A stretch of 64,000 nucleotides of DNA from assembly GCA_010909165.1 (NCBI GenBank), contig MU008156.1:744001-808000 (forward strand), written 5' to 3'. The notes under the pieces are model-generated. The model was not told the origin of the DNA, did not search any database, and was given only the letters and a program-made list of their open reading frames with translations. This document shows positions 36,078-49,900 of the stretch, in pieces. The stretch is from Anthoceros angustus. Taxonomy: Eukaryota; Plantae; Anthocerotophyta. Within the stretch, counting starts at the first letter, position 1. Every line of letters starts with the position of its first letter. The position numbers were made by a program, and so were the translations under genes.

Positions 36078-39000
36078 ATGAGCACGATGGAGAAGACTTC
36101 AAAAGCCGCGGTGTTAGAGGAGACTACAAGACCCACCGTAGTGGAGGAGACTCTAGCACCCACGATGGTGGAGAGACTCTAGCGCCCATGGTGGTGGAGG
36201 AGTCACAGGACCCAAGGTGATGGCGGAGGAGGAGACTGCAAGAGCCATGGCGGTGGCCGAGCTCAAGACTCTAGCACCCACGGTGGTGGAGAAGGAGGAG
36301 ACTAGTACAACAAGAGCCTGCATGGTGGAGAAGGAGGAGCATACTACAGAGCCACAGTCATGGTGGAGGCGGAGACTCAGCGATCACGTGGAGGAGGAGG
36401 AGCATACTACAAGAGCCATAGTCATGGTGGAGGAGGAGGAGCATCTGCAGGAGCCACAGTCATGTTGGAGGCAGGAGACTCCAACAGCAGCCACAGTGGA
36501 GGAGGAGGAGCATCACGAGCCATAGTCATGGTGGAGGAGGAGGAGACTACAAGAGCTACGGTGGAGGAGGAGGAGCATATTGCAGCACCCACGGTCATGT
36601 TGGAGGCAGAGGAGACTCCAGCAGCAGCCCAGTGGAGGAGGAGGAGCATACCGCACGAGCCATAGTCATGGTGGAGGAGGAGGAGACTACAAGAGCTACG
36701 GTGGAGGAGGAGGAGCATATTGAAGGAGCCACGGTCATGTTGGAGGCAGAGGAGACTCCAGCAGCCTGAGGAGGAGGAGACTACAAGAGCTACGGTGGTG
36801 GGCGATGAGGAAACTATAAGAACCACGTGCAGACAATGAGCATACTACAAGAGCCCCGGAGAAGAGGAGGAGCATATTGAAGGAGCCACGGTCATGGTGG
36901 AGGATGAGGAGACCTGCAGCCACGATGGATGGGGAGGAGACTAGAAGAGCCACGGCCGTGGTGGAGGATGAGGAGACTACAAGAGCCATGGTGGAGGAGG
37001 AGGGGCATCTTGCACGAGCCACAGTCATGGTGGAGGATGAGCGCATCGCAGTGCAGCCACGGTGGAGGAGGAGGAGACTACAAGACCACATTGCATGTGG
37101 AGGACGAGCATATTGCAGCCGACCACGCTCATGGTGGAGGATGAGGAAACTACAGGAGCCAAGATGGAGGAGGAGGAGACTACACGAGCCACGGTGGTGG
37201 AGGAGACTGCAGTGCTACCCACACGCGTGGTGAAGGAGGAGGAGACTACAGAGCCACGGTGGCGGAGGAGACTCCAAAGACTACCCAAGATGGTGGAAGA
37301 GGAGCATACTACAGAGCCACAGTGGTGGACGAGGAGAATATTACAGACGCTACGGTGATGGAGGAAGAGGAGGAGACTCCAGCAGCCACAATGGTCAAGA
37401 AGGAGGAGGAGACCCTAGTAGAAACCACGGTGGTGGTGGAGGAGGAGGAGACTGCAAGAGCCATGGTGGTGGTGGAGGATGAGGAGGAGTCTCAAACAAC
37501 ATCAACGGTGGTGATTCCGGAGGAGGAGACTCTAGCGCCCATGGTGGTGGAGGAGTCAGGACCCAAGGTGATGGCGGAGGAGGAGACTGCAGAAGAGCCA
37601 TGGCGGTGGCCGAGCTCAAGACTCTAGCATCCACTGGGGAAGAGGAGGAGACTAGTACAACAAGAGCCTGCATGGTGGAGAAGGAGGAGCATACCAGGAG
37701 CCACAGCCATGGTGGAGGCGGAGGAGACTCAGCAGAGCCACAAGTGGAGGAGGAGGAGCATACTGCAAGAGCCATAGTCATGGTGGAGGAGGAGGAGCAT
37801 ACTGCAGAGCCACTCATGTTGGAGGCGAGGAGACTCCAACAGCAGCCTGAGGAGGAGGAGGAGGAGCATATTGCAGCCACGGTCATGGTGGAGGAGGAGG
37901 AGACTACAAGAGCCAGTGGAGGAGGAGGAGCATATTGCAGCACCCACGGTCATGTTGGAGGAGACTCCAGCAGCAGCCACAGTGAGGAGGAGGAGCATAC
38001 CGCACGAGCCATAGTCATGGTGGAGGAGGAGGAGACTACAAGAGCTACGGTGGAGGAGGAGGAGCATACAGCACCCACGGTCATGTTGGAGGTGGAGGAG
38101 ACTGCAAGAGCCACAGTGAGGAGGAGGAGACTACAAGAGCTACGGTGGTGGACGATGAGGAAACTATAAGAACCACGGTGCAGACAATGAGCATACTACA
38201 AGAGCCCCGGAGAAGAGGAGGAGCATATTGAAGGAGCCACGGTCATGGTGGAGGATGAGGAGACTGCAGGCCACGATGGATGGGGAGGAGACTAGAAGAG
38301 CCACAGGTGGAGGATGAGGAGACTACAAGAGCCATGGTGGAGGAGAGGAGGGGCATATCGCACGAGCCACGGCCGTGGTGGAGGAGGAGCATCTGCAGAG
38401 CCACGGTGGAGGAGGAGGAGACTACAAGACCCACATTGCATGTGGAGGAGGAGGAGCATATTGCAGCCGACCACGCTCATGGTGGAGGATGAGGAAACTA
38501 CAGAGCCAAGATGGAGGAGGAGGAGACTACACGAGCCACGGTGGTGGAGGATCGCAGTGCTACCCACACGCTGTGGTGAAGGAGGAGGAGACTACAGGAG
38601 CCACGGTGGAGGAGACTCCAAAGACTACCCAAGATGGTGGAAGAGGAGCATACCAGTGAGCCACAAGAATGGTGGACGAGGAGAATATTACAGACGCTAC
38701 GGTGATGGAGGAAGAGGAGGAGACTCCAACAGCAGCCACAATGGTCAAGAAGGAGGAGGAGACCCTAGTAGAAACCACGGTGGTGGTGGAGGAGGTGGAG
38801 ACTCCAACATGCGCCTGCACCGACGGTGGTGGAGGATGAGGAGGAGTCTCAAACAACATCAGCAGTGGTGATTCCGGAGGAGGAGACTCTAGGCGGACGC
38901 TGGTGGATCCGAAGGAGGAGACTCTAGCGATCCATGGTGTTGGAGGATCGGGAAGAGGCGCATGTTTGAGAGCCACGGCCAAGGTGGATATTTCATACGT

Positions 39001-41130
39001 AATCTACAACGGAGAGTAGCTCAAAATTAGGGCCCATGATAGAGGAGACTCTAGAATTAGAATCGGCGGAGGAGACTCTAGAATCCATGCATATGGCGAA
39101 GAGTCCAAAATCGACTCCATGGCGGAGGAGAGTCCGGAATCAAAATCCACGGTGGAGGAGACTCCAAAACCAAAATCCACAGAAGGATACAAAATGTATT
39201 TTGTCAAATATCCAAAGCCTCTTGAAAGTTCATACAATGGAAAAATTGCATCAAAGGAGCTTGAAGTGAAGTGGTATATGAGTGCGAGATGTTTTACATG
39301 CTGGAGTTGTATTCAAAAGGTATGAGAAGGACAACGTGCTCACTATGTTGAAAGCTCGTGCAACTAGCTCAACTCATGAGTTAGACCTTGCTAAACTACA
39401 AAGACAAAAACTAGCTTAGAACAAGAGATAAAACAGCCTTCAACAAGAAGGGAATTAGAAATGAAAAGCAACAGAAAGCATATCAAGAGCTCCAAGCATT
39501 GCAGTGGAGAAGAATGCGGAGCATGAAGCATACAATGAAAATCGCAAAGGGATCAAATATTATGTTATTGGCAAAAGAAAAGGACAAGGCTGCACTTGAG
39601 GTGGAATGTAAAAGCAAGTGAAACATTTTTTCCTTGTGGAATGCTAGTAGCTCAACATTTCAAATCGTTATATTTGCGAATGAGTTGAGAACATTGTATC
39701 GACTAGGCAACGCAGACGGAAGAACACTATCGGATGAAGAGTTGTTATCTTTGAAATTTGAAATACCGTAAGATCCACCAAGTGCTTCCGGACCATCAAT
39801 GTATAAAAATATTGATGATACAGATTCAATAGGCTTAAAAATGTTGCACAAGAAGAAAATTATGGACTACGTGCATCCACCGCATTGCCCAAGAAGGACT
39901 ACATGTGCATCCACCGCATTGCCCAAGAAGGGATTACAGCATCCACCACATTGCCCAAAAGGACAACAGGCATCAACGACATTGACTAGAAAGGGACTAC
40001 AAACATCCACAATTGAAAGTATACAGTCGCATCCACGGCACCGCCATTGCTTCAAGAAGGACTACAGGCATCCATAGTTGAAAGTGCCAGCTCCATCCAC
40101 GGCACCGCCATTGCCCAAAGAGGGACTACAGCATCCGCATTGAAAGTATACAAGGCTGCATCCACAGCCCGCCATTGCCCAAAGAGGGACTAGGCATCCA
40201 CGGCTAAAAGTATATGTGCTCCATCCACATCTCCGCCATTGCCCAAAGAGGGACCATGGCATCCACAACTAAAAGTACACATGCTCCATCCACAGCTCCG
40301 CCATTGCCCAAAGAGGGACTACAAGCATTGAAAGTATACAGCATCCACCGCATTGCCCAAAAGGGACTACAGCATCTATGTTATTGATTGGAAAGGGACT
40401 ACAGGCATCCACAGCGCCACCATTGCCGGCGCCCAAGAAGGTCTCTGCATCCACGACAATTCCCCGCGGAGGAGCTACAGACATCCACGACACCACTTAG
40501 GTTGACTCGCATGGAGAAGCAAAACAAAAAGTCACAAAAGAGCAAAAGTCTATCGATCAACATGGAAAGAAAAGATATGATTACAACTCGAATGCCAATA
40601 TTTTTCGTGCTTAGAAGTTGATGATGGTTGCGAAATGGATGGCATGTCATCAATTCCAAAGGCCGGAGGTTGTGAGAAAAAACAACTCATGGGGTCTCAA
40701 AGGCCCATGTTGACAAAGCAAATTGTGTTTGATGCTGATCGGTAAAAATGCAATAATTCACTAGCCTTGAAGATATCAATGCCTATTGGGGACGAAGATA
40801 CATTTTTGATAAGGACTCTCAAAAGAACTTCAATGCAATTCTGGTGCCAACCATTTCCATGACACATGTCTACTTCCTAATGAAGACCCTTTGAATGCCA
40901 TGCATTCTAGAGCAATAGCAAGGCCTCATAAGGCAAGTGGTCACAAGGCTTCAAAGAAAAAGGAGAGTTGCGCTGGTCCGGATCAAGAAAAAGCAGTCTT
41001 CATATGCATGTTTTGGTCCCGATCAAGAAAAAAGTCTTCATATGCATGTTTTGGAGCACGTGGTTGGATTTTCCTAGCTATTTTTATTGTTATTGGTGTG
41101 ATGATTGCCTATATGTGCTTTTCACGTTAA
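36078..41130 (+). CDS. Array unit 3: PPI-like repeat protein; frameshifted
   Basis: Same blocks; acidic block restarts at about 37530. ORF 40891-41130 ends in a clear tail anchor, GWIFLAIFIVIGVMIAYMCFSR-stop. Confidence 0.55.
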
Positions 41131-42212
41131 GTTTTCGAATGACTCAAGCAAGTTTATTTTTGTAGCACGGTGTCGCTATGATGTAAGCAAGTTCACTTGA
41201 AAAATACTCCCTATGTTCTCAAATTTTTAATTTTATTTTCACCAAGAGATGAGTTTTTTCATATCTTTGTCTTATTACAAATTCCATGTATTGCTCTGCT
41301 TAGTATGGTGCTAGTTTGTTTGAACAACTTAGATGGTTGGGGGATCGGGAGGAGGGTACGCAGAACCATCGAGCTATGCTACCTCCCATAGCATCGATCC
41401 CACGTGTATTGTCGTTGTCTAGTATATCCTACATATGGCACCGGTGTCTAGTAGAATTCTTAACATGCAGTATTTTGTTACAAGCATGCCTTCACATGTA
41501 AAGACCATCAAGTAGTAGATCCCTCCAAAAGGAAACCTTGTACTTCTAAGTCCATCAAATACTAAGCCCATCCAAGAAAACCAATACCACCAATATGACC
41601 AGTTCCATTTGGTTTATCATAGAATAATCTTCCAATCCATACATTCTTATTAAATTTGAGCATACATTTCACTTACCTTAAGCTCCAAAGCTAGCCTTTT
41701 CTATAAGCCGCAGACTTGCCATAATTGCACATTGCTAATTTTGGGACTCCTTACAACGACACATGTATGGACTACCCCTATAGGCAACATTCTCTATAAA
41801 TTACATAGTAATATATATAAGCGTGTTTCCAAGCATATAACTACTTCTATAAGCATGACTTGTTAATGTATATAGTTCTTAGTTTACCTCATTTTATTTT
41901 CTTATTGTATTTTCACGGTTCTTATTTCTAGCTTTATACAACTATTTTAGGGATGGTTCTAAGTTAGAAGTTCATACCCCTATATGAGGATATAGGCTAG
42001 TACAAAGTCAAAGCGTTACTACATACTCCAAGAAAAAATCTCGATAGTTCACACTATTGTGCTATATATGTAAATACAACATTTGATTGAGCTCAAGAAG
42101 CTTTATGAGTTACTTGAGTTTTTCGAATCAAAATTATTCGCCTTCTTGGTCAAATCTCCCTTGTACGTAAATCAAACTTGTGACCTAGTTGCCTAAATCG
42201 TGGGGCATCAAG

Positions 42213-45200
42213 ATGAGCACGATGGAGAAGACTTCAAAAGCAGTTAGAGGAGACTACAAGACCCACCGTAGTGGAGGAGACTCTAGCACCCACGATGGTG
42301 GAGAGACTCTAGCGCCCATGGTGGTGGAGGAGACTACAAGAGCTACGGTGATGGAGGAGGAGACTGCAAGAGCCATGGCGGTGGCCGAGCTCAAGACTCT
42401 AGCATCCACTGGGGAAGAGGAGGAGACTAGTACAACAAGAGCACATGGTGGAGAAGGAGGAGCATATTGCGACCACGCCATGGTGGAGGAGGAGACTCCA
42501 GCAGCCACAAAGTGGAGGAGGAGGAGCACTGCAAGAGCCATAGTCATGGTGGAGGAGGAGGAGCATACTGCAGAGCCACGGTCATGTTGGAGGCAGAGGA
42601 GACTCCAGCAGCCAGTGGAGGAGGAGGAGGAGCGTCGCACGAGCCATAGTCATGGTGGAGGAGGAGGAGACTACAAGAGCTACGGTGGAGGAGGAGGAGC
42701 ATATTGCAGCACCCACGGTCATGTTGGAGGAGGAGACTCAGCAGCAGTGGAGGAGGAGGAGCATATCGCACGAGCCATAGTCATGGTGGAGGAGGAGGAG
42801 ACTACAAGAGCTACGGTGGAGGAGGAGGAGCATATTGCAGACCCACGGCCATGTTGGAGGCAGAGGAGACTCAGCAGCAGCCACAAAGTGGAGGAGGAGG
42901 AGACTACAAGAGCCACGGTGGTGGGCGATGAGGAAACTATAAGAACCACGGTGCAGACAATGAGCATACTACAAGAGCCCCGGAGAAGAGGAGGAGCATA
43001 TTGAAGGAGCCACGGTCATGGTGGAGGATGAGGAGACTGCAGGCCACGATGGATGGGGAGGAGACTAGAAGAGCCACGGTGGTGGAGGATGAGGAGACTA
43101 CAAGAGCCATGGTGGAGGAGGAGGGCATCTTGCACGAGCCACGGCCGTGGTGGAGGATGAGGAGACTGCAGTGCAGCCACAGTGGAGGAGGAGGAGACTA
43201 CAAGACCCACATTGCATGTGGAGGACGAGCATATTGCAGCCGACCACGCTCATGGTGGAGGATGAGGAAACTACAGGAGCCAAGATGGAGGAGGAGGAGA
43301 CTACACGAGCCACGGTGGAGGAGACTGCAGTGCTACCCACACGCGTGGTGAAGGAGGAGGAGACTACAGGAGCCACGGTGGCGGAGGAGACTCCAGACTA
43401 CCCAAGATGGTGGAAGAGGAGCATACTACAGAGCCACAGAATGGTGGACGAGGAGAATATTACAGACGCTACGGTGATGGAGGAAGAGGAGGAGACTCAA
43501 CAGCAGCCACAATGGTCAAGAAGGAGGAGGAGACCCTAGTAGAAACCACGGTGGTGGTGGAGGAGGTGGAGACTCCAACATGCGCTGCACCGACGGTGGT
43601 GGAGGATGAGGAGGAGTCTCAAACAACATCAACAGTGGTGATTCTGGAGGAGGAGACTCTAGCGGCCGTGACGCTGGTGGATCCGAAGGAGGAGACTCTA
43701 GCAGTATCCATGGTGTTGGAGGATCGGGAAGAGGCGCATGTTTGAGCCACGGCGAAGGTGGATATTTCATACGTAATCTACAACGGAGAGTAGCTCAAAA
43801 TTAGGGCCCATGATGAGGAGACTCTAGAATTAGAATCGATGGAGGAGACTCTAGAATCCATGCATATGGCGGCGAAGAGTCCAAAATCGGACTCCATGGC
43901 GGAGGAGAGTCCGAATCAAAATCCACGGTGGAGGAGACTCCAAAACCAAAATCCACAGAAGGATACAAAATGTATTTTGTCAAATATCCAAAGCCTCTTG
44001 AAAGTTCATACAATGGAAAAATTGCATCAAAGGAGCTTGAAGTGAAGTGGTATACAGGAGTAGATGTTTTACATCGGAGTTGTATTCAAAAGGTATGAGA
44101 AGGACAACGTGCTCACTATGTTGAAAGCGGCTCGTGCAACTAGCTCAACTCATGAGTTAGACCTTGCTAAACTACAAAGACAAAAACTAGCTTAGAACAA
44201 GAGATAAAACACTTCAACAAGAAGGGAATTAGAAAATGAAAAGCAGAAAGCATATCAAGAGCTCCAAGCATTGCAGGAGAAGAATGCGGAGCATGAAGCA
44301 TACAATGAAAATCGCAAAGGGATCGAAATATTATGTTATTGGCAAAAGAAAAGGACAAGGCTGCACTTGAGGTGGAATGTAAAAGCAAGTCGAAACATTT
44401 TTTCCTTGTGGAATGCTAGTAGCTCAACATTTCAAATCGTTATATTTGTGCGAATGAGTTGAGAACATTGTATCGACTAGGCACCGCAGACGGAAGAACA
44501 CTATCGGATGAAGAGTTGTTATCTTTGAAATTTGAAATACCGGAAGATCCACCGTGCTTCCGGACCTTCAATGTATAAAAATATTGATGATCTGATTCCA
44601 ATAGGCTTAAAATGTTGCACAAGAAGAAAATTCGGACTACAGCATCCACCGCATTGCCCAAGAAGGACTGTGCATCCACCGCATTGCCCAAGAAGGATTA
44701 CAGCATCCACCACATTGCCCAAAAGGGACAACAGCATCAACGACATTGACTAGAAAGGGACTACAAACATCCACAATTGAAAGTATACAGTGCATCCACG
44801 CACCGCCATTGCCCAAGAAGGACTACAGGCATCCATAGTTGAAAGTGTCTGTGCTCCATCCACGGCACCGCCATTGCCCAAAGAGGGACTACAGTGCATC
44901 CGCAGCTTGAAAGTATACAAGCTGCATCCACACCCGCCATTGCCCAAAGAGGGACTGGCATCCACTAAAAGTATACAGGCTCCATCCACATCTCCGCCAT
45001 TGCCCAAAGAGGGACTACAGGCATCCACAACTAAAAGTACACATGCTCCATCCACAGCCCGCCATTGCCCAAAGAGGGACTACAAGCATCCAGCTTGAAA
45101 GTATACAGGCATCCACCGCATTGCCCAAAAGGGACTGTGCATCTATGTTATTGATTGGAAAGGGACTACGAGGCATCCACAGGCGCCACCATTGCCGGCG

Positions 45201-45897
45201 CCCAAGAAGGTCTACAGTGCATCCACGACAATTCCGCGGAGGAGCTACGACATCCACGACACCACTTAGGTTGACTCGCATGGAGAAGCAAAACAAAAAG
45301 TCACAAAGAGCAAAAGTCTATCGATCAACATGGAAAGAAAAGATATGATTACAACTCGAATGCCAATATTTTTTCGTGCTTAGAAGTTGATGATGGTTGC
45401 GAAATGGATGGCATGTCATCAATTCCAAAGTCACGGGAGGTTGTGAGAAAAACAACTCATGGGGTCTCAAAGGCCCATGTTGACAAAGCAAATTCGTGTT
45501 TTGGATGCTGATCGGGGTAAAATGCAATAATTCACTAGCCTTGAAGATATCAATGCCTATTGGGGACGAAGATACATTTTTGATAAGGACTCTCAAAAGA
45601 ACTTCAATGCAATTCTGGTGCCAACCATTTCCATGACACATGTCTACTTCCTAATGAAGACCCTTTGAATGCCATGCATTCTAGAGCAATAGCAAGGCCT
45701 CATAAGGCAAGTGGTCACAAGGCTTCAAAGAAAAAGGAGAGTTGCCTGGTCCGGATCAAGAAAAAGTCTTCATATGCATGTTTTGGTCCCGATCAAGAAA
45801 AAGTCTTCATATGCATGTTTTGGAGCACGTGGTTGGATTTTCCTAGCTATTTTATTGTTATTGGTGTGATGATTGCTATATGTGCTTTTCACGTTAA
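42213..45897 (+). CDS. Array unit 4: PPI-like repeat protein, simple unrearranged unit; frameshifted
   Basis: Single pass through acidic repeats, PPI-like block, Pro-rich repeats and tail. Confidence 0.55.
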
Positions 45898-46965
45898 GTT
45901 TTCGAATGACTCAAGCAAGTTTATTTTTGTAGTACGGTGTCGCTATGATGTAAGCAAGTTCACTTGAAAAATACTCCTATGTTCTCAAATTTTTAATTTT
46001 ATTTTCCAAGAGATGAGTTTTTTCATATCTTTGTCTTATTACAAATTCCATGTATTGCTCTGCTTAGTATGGTGCTAGTTTGTTTGAACAACTTAGATGG
46101 TTGGGGGATCGGGAGGGAGGGTACGCAGAACCATCGAGCTATGCTACCTCCCATAGCATCGATCCCACGGTATTGTCGTTGTCAGTATATCCTACATATG
46201 GCACGTGTTCAGTAGAATTCTTAACATGCGATTTTGTTACAAGCATGCCTTCACATGTAAAGACCATCAAGTAGTAGATCCTCCAAAAGGAAACCTTGTA
46301 CTTCTAAGTCCATCAAATACTAAGCCCATCCAAGAAAACCAATACCACCAATATGACCAAAGTTCACTGGTTTATCATAGAATAATCTTCCAATCCATAC
46401 ATTCTTATTAAATTTGAGCATACATTTCACTTACCTTAAGCTCCAAAGCTAGCCTTTTCTATAAGCCGCAGACTTGCTATAATTGCATTGCTAATTTTGG
46501 GACTCCTTACAACGACACATGTATGGACTACCCCTATAGGCAACATTCTCTATAAATTACATAGTAATATATATAAGCGTGTTTCAAGCATATAACTACT
46601 TCTATAAGCATGACTTGTTAATGTATATAGTTCTTAGTTTACCTCATTTTATTTTCTTATTGTATTTCAATCGGTTCTTATTTCTAGCTTTATACAACTA
46701 TTTTAGGATGGTTCTAAGTTAGGAAGTTCATACCCCTATATGAGGATATAGGCTAGTACAAAGTCAAAGCGATTACATACTCCAAGAAAAATCTCGATAG
46801 TTCACACTATTGTGCTATATATGTAAATACAACATTTGATTGAGCTCAAGAAGCTTTATGAGTTACTTGAGTTTTTCGAATCAAAATTATTCGCCTTATG
46901 GTCAAATCTCCTTGTACGTAAATCAAACTTGTGACCTAGTTGCCTAAATCACGTGGGGCATCAAG

Positions 46966-49900
46966 ATGAGCACGATGGAGAAGACTTCAAAAGCCGCGGT
47001 GTTAGAGGAGACTACAAGACCCACCGTAGTGGAGGAGACTCTAGCACCCACGATGGTGGAGAGACTCTAGCGCCCATGGTGGTGGAGGAGTCAGGACCCA
47101 AGGTGATGGCGGAGGAGGAGACTGCAAGAGCCATGGCGGTGGCCGAGCTCAAGACTCTAGCATCCACTGGGGGAAGAGGAGGAGACTAGTACAACAAGAG
47201 CTGCATGGTGGAGAAGGAGGAGCATACTACAGGAGCCACGGTCATGGTGGAGGCGGAGGAGGAGACTCCAGCAGTGGAGGAGGAGCATCAAGAGCCATAG
47301 TCATGGTGGAGGAGGAGGAGACTACAAGAGCCATGTTGGAGGAGGAGACTACAGAGCCACAGTGGAGGAGGAGGAGGCTGCAAGAGCCATAGTCATGGTG
47401 GAGGAGGAGGAGACTACAAGAGCTACGGTGGAGGAGGAGGAGCATATTGCAGCACCACGGTCATGTTGGAGGCGAGGAGACTCAGCAGCCAGTGGAGGAG
47501 GAGGAGCATCTTGCACGAGCCATAGTCATGGTGGAGGAGGAGGAGACTACAAGAGCTACGGTGGAGGAGGAGGAGCATATTGCAGCACCCACGGTCATGT
47601 TGGAGGAGGAGACTCCAGCAGCCACAGTGGAGGAGGAGGAGACTACAAGAGCTACGGTGGTGGACGATGAGGAAACTATAAGAACCACGGTGACAATGAG
47701 CATACTACAAGAGCCCGGGAGAAGAGGAGGAGCATATTGAAGGAGCCATGGTGGAGGATGAGGAGACTGCAGAAGCCACGATGGATGGGGAGGAGACTAG
47801 AAGAGCCAGTGGTGGAGGATGAGGAGACTACAAGAGCCATGGTGGAGGAGGAGGGGCATCTTGCACGAGCCACGGCCGTGGTGGAGGAGGAGGAGCATCT
47901 GCAGCCACGGTGGAGAGGAGGAGGAGACTACAAGACCCACATTGCATGTGGAGGACGAGCATATTGCAGCGACCACGCTCATGGTGGAGGATGAGGAAAC
48001 TGAGCCAAGATGGAGGAGGAGGAGACTACACGAGCCACGGTGGAGGAGGAGACTGCTACCCACACGCGTGGTGAAGGAGGAGGAGACTACAGGAGCCACG
48101 GTGGAGGAGACTCGACTACCCAAGATGGTGGAAGAGGAGCATACTACAGAGCCACAGTCATGGTGGAGGAGGAGCATACTACAAGAGCTACGGTGATGGA
48201 GGAAGAGGAGGAGACTCCAGCAGCCACAATGGTCAAGAAGGAGGAGGAGACTCCAGCAGCAGTGGAGGAGGAGGAGCATCGCACGAGCCATAGTCATGGT
48301 GGAGGAGGAGGAGACTACAAGAGCTACGGTGGAGGAGGAGCATATTGCAGCACCCACGGTCATGTTGGAGGCGGAGGAGGAGACTCCAGCAGCAGTGGAG
48401 GAGGAGGAGCATACTGCACGAGCCATAGTCATGGTGGAGGAGGAGGAGACTACAAGAGCTACGGTGGAGGAGGAGGAGCATATTGCAGCACCCACGGTCA
48501 TGTTGGAGGCAGAGGAGACTCCAGCAGCAGCCAGTGGAGGAGGAGGAGACTACAAGAGCCACGGTGGTGGAGGATGAGGAGACTACAAGACCCACATTGC
48601 ATGTGGACAATGAGCATACTACAAGAGCCCCGGAGAAGAGGAGGAGCATATTGAAGGAGCCACACATGGTGGAGGATGAGGAGACTGCAGAAGCCACGAT
48701 GGATGGGGAGGAGACTAGAAGAGCCATGGTGGAGGATGAGGAGACTACAAGAGCCATGGTGGAGGAGGAGGGGCATCGCACGAGCCACGTCGTGGTGGAG
48801 GATGAGCGGTGCAGTGCACTGGAGGAGGAGGAGACTACAAGACCCACATTGCATGTGGAGGACGAGCATATTGCACCACGCTCATGGTGGAGGATGAGGA
48901 AACTGAGCCAAGATGGAGGAGGAGGAGACTACACGAGCCACTGGAGGAGACTGCTACCCACACGCTGGTGAAGGAGGAGGAGACTACAGGAGCCACGGTG
49001 GCGAGGAGACTCCAAAGACTACCCAAGATGGTGGAAGAGGAGCATACTACAGGAGCCACAGAATGGTGGACGAGGAGAATATTACGCTACGGTGATGGAG
49101 GAAGAGGAGGAGACTCCAACAGCAGCCACAATGGTCAAGAAGGAGGAGGAGACCTAGTAGAAACCACGGTGGTGGTGGAGGAGGTGGAGACTCCAACATG
49201 CGCTACCGACGGTGGTGGAGGATGAGGAGGAGTCTCAAACAACATCAACGGTGGTGATTCGGAGGAGGAGGCTGCAGTGCTACCCACACGCTGGTGGATC
49301 CAAGGAGGAGACTCTAGCGATCCATGGTGTTGGAGGATCGGGAAGAGGCGCATGTTTCAGAGCCACGGCGAAGGTGGATATTTCATATCTGGAATCTACA
49401 ACGAGAGTAGCTCAAAATTAGGGCCCATGATAGAGGAGACTCTAGAATTAGAATCGGCGTGGAGGAGACTCTAGAATCCATGCATATGGCGGCGAAGAGT
49501 CCAAAATCGACTCCATGGCGGAGGAGAGTCGAATCAAAATCCACGTGGAGGAGACTCAAAACCAAAATCCACAGAAGGATACAAAATGTATTTTGTCAAA
49601 TATCCAAAGCCTCTTGAAAGTTCATACAATGGAAAAATTGCATCAAAGGAGCTTGAAGTGAAGTGGTATACAGGAGTGCGAGATGTTTTACATGCTGGAG
49701 TTGTATTCAAAAGGTATGAGAAGGACAACGTGCTCACTATGTTGAAAGTGCTCGTGCAACTAGCTCAACTCATGAGTTAGACCTTGCTAAACTACAAGAC
49801 AAAAACTAGCTTAGAACAAGAGATAAAACAGCTTCAACAAGAAGGGAATTAGAAAATGAAAAGCAATGAAAAGCATATCAAGAGCTCCAAGCATTGCAGG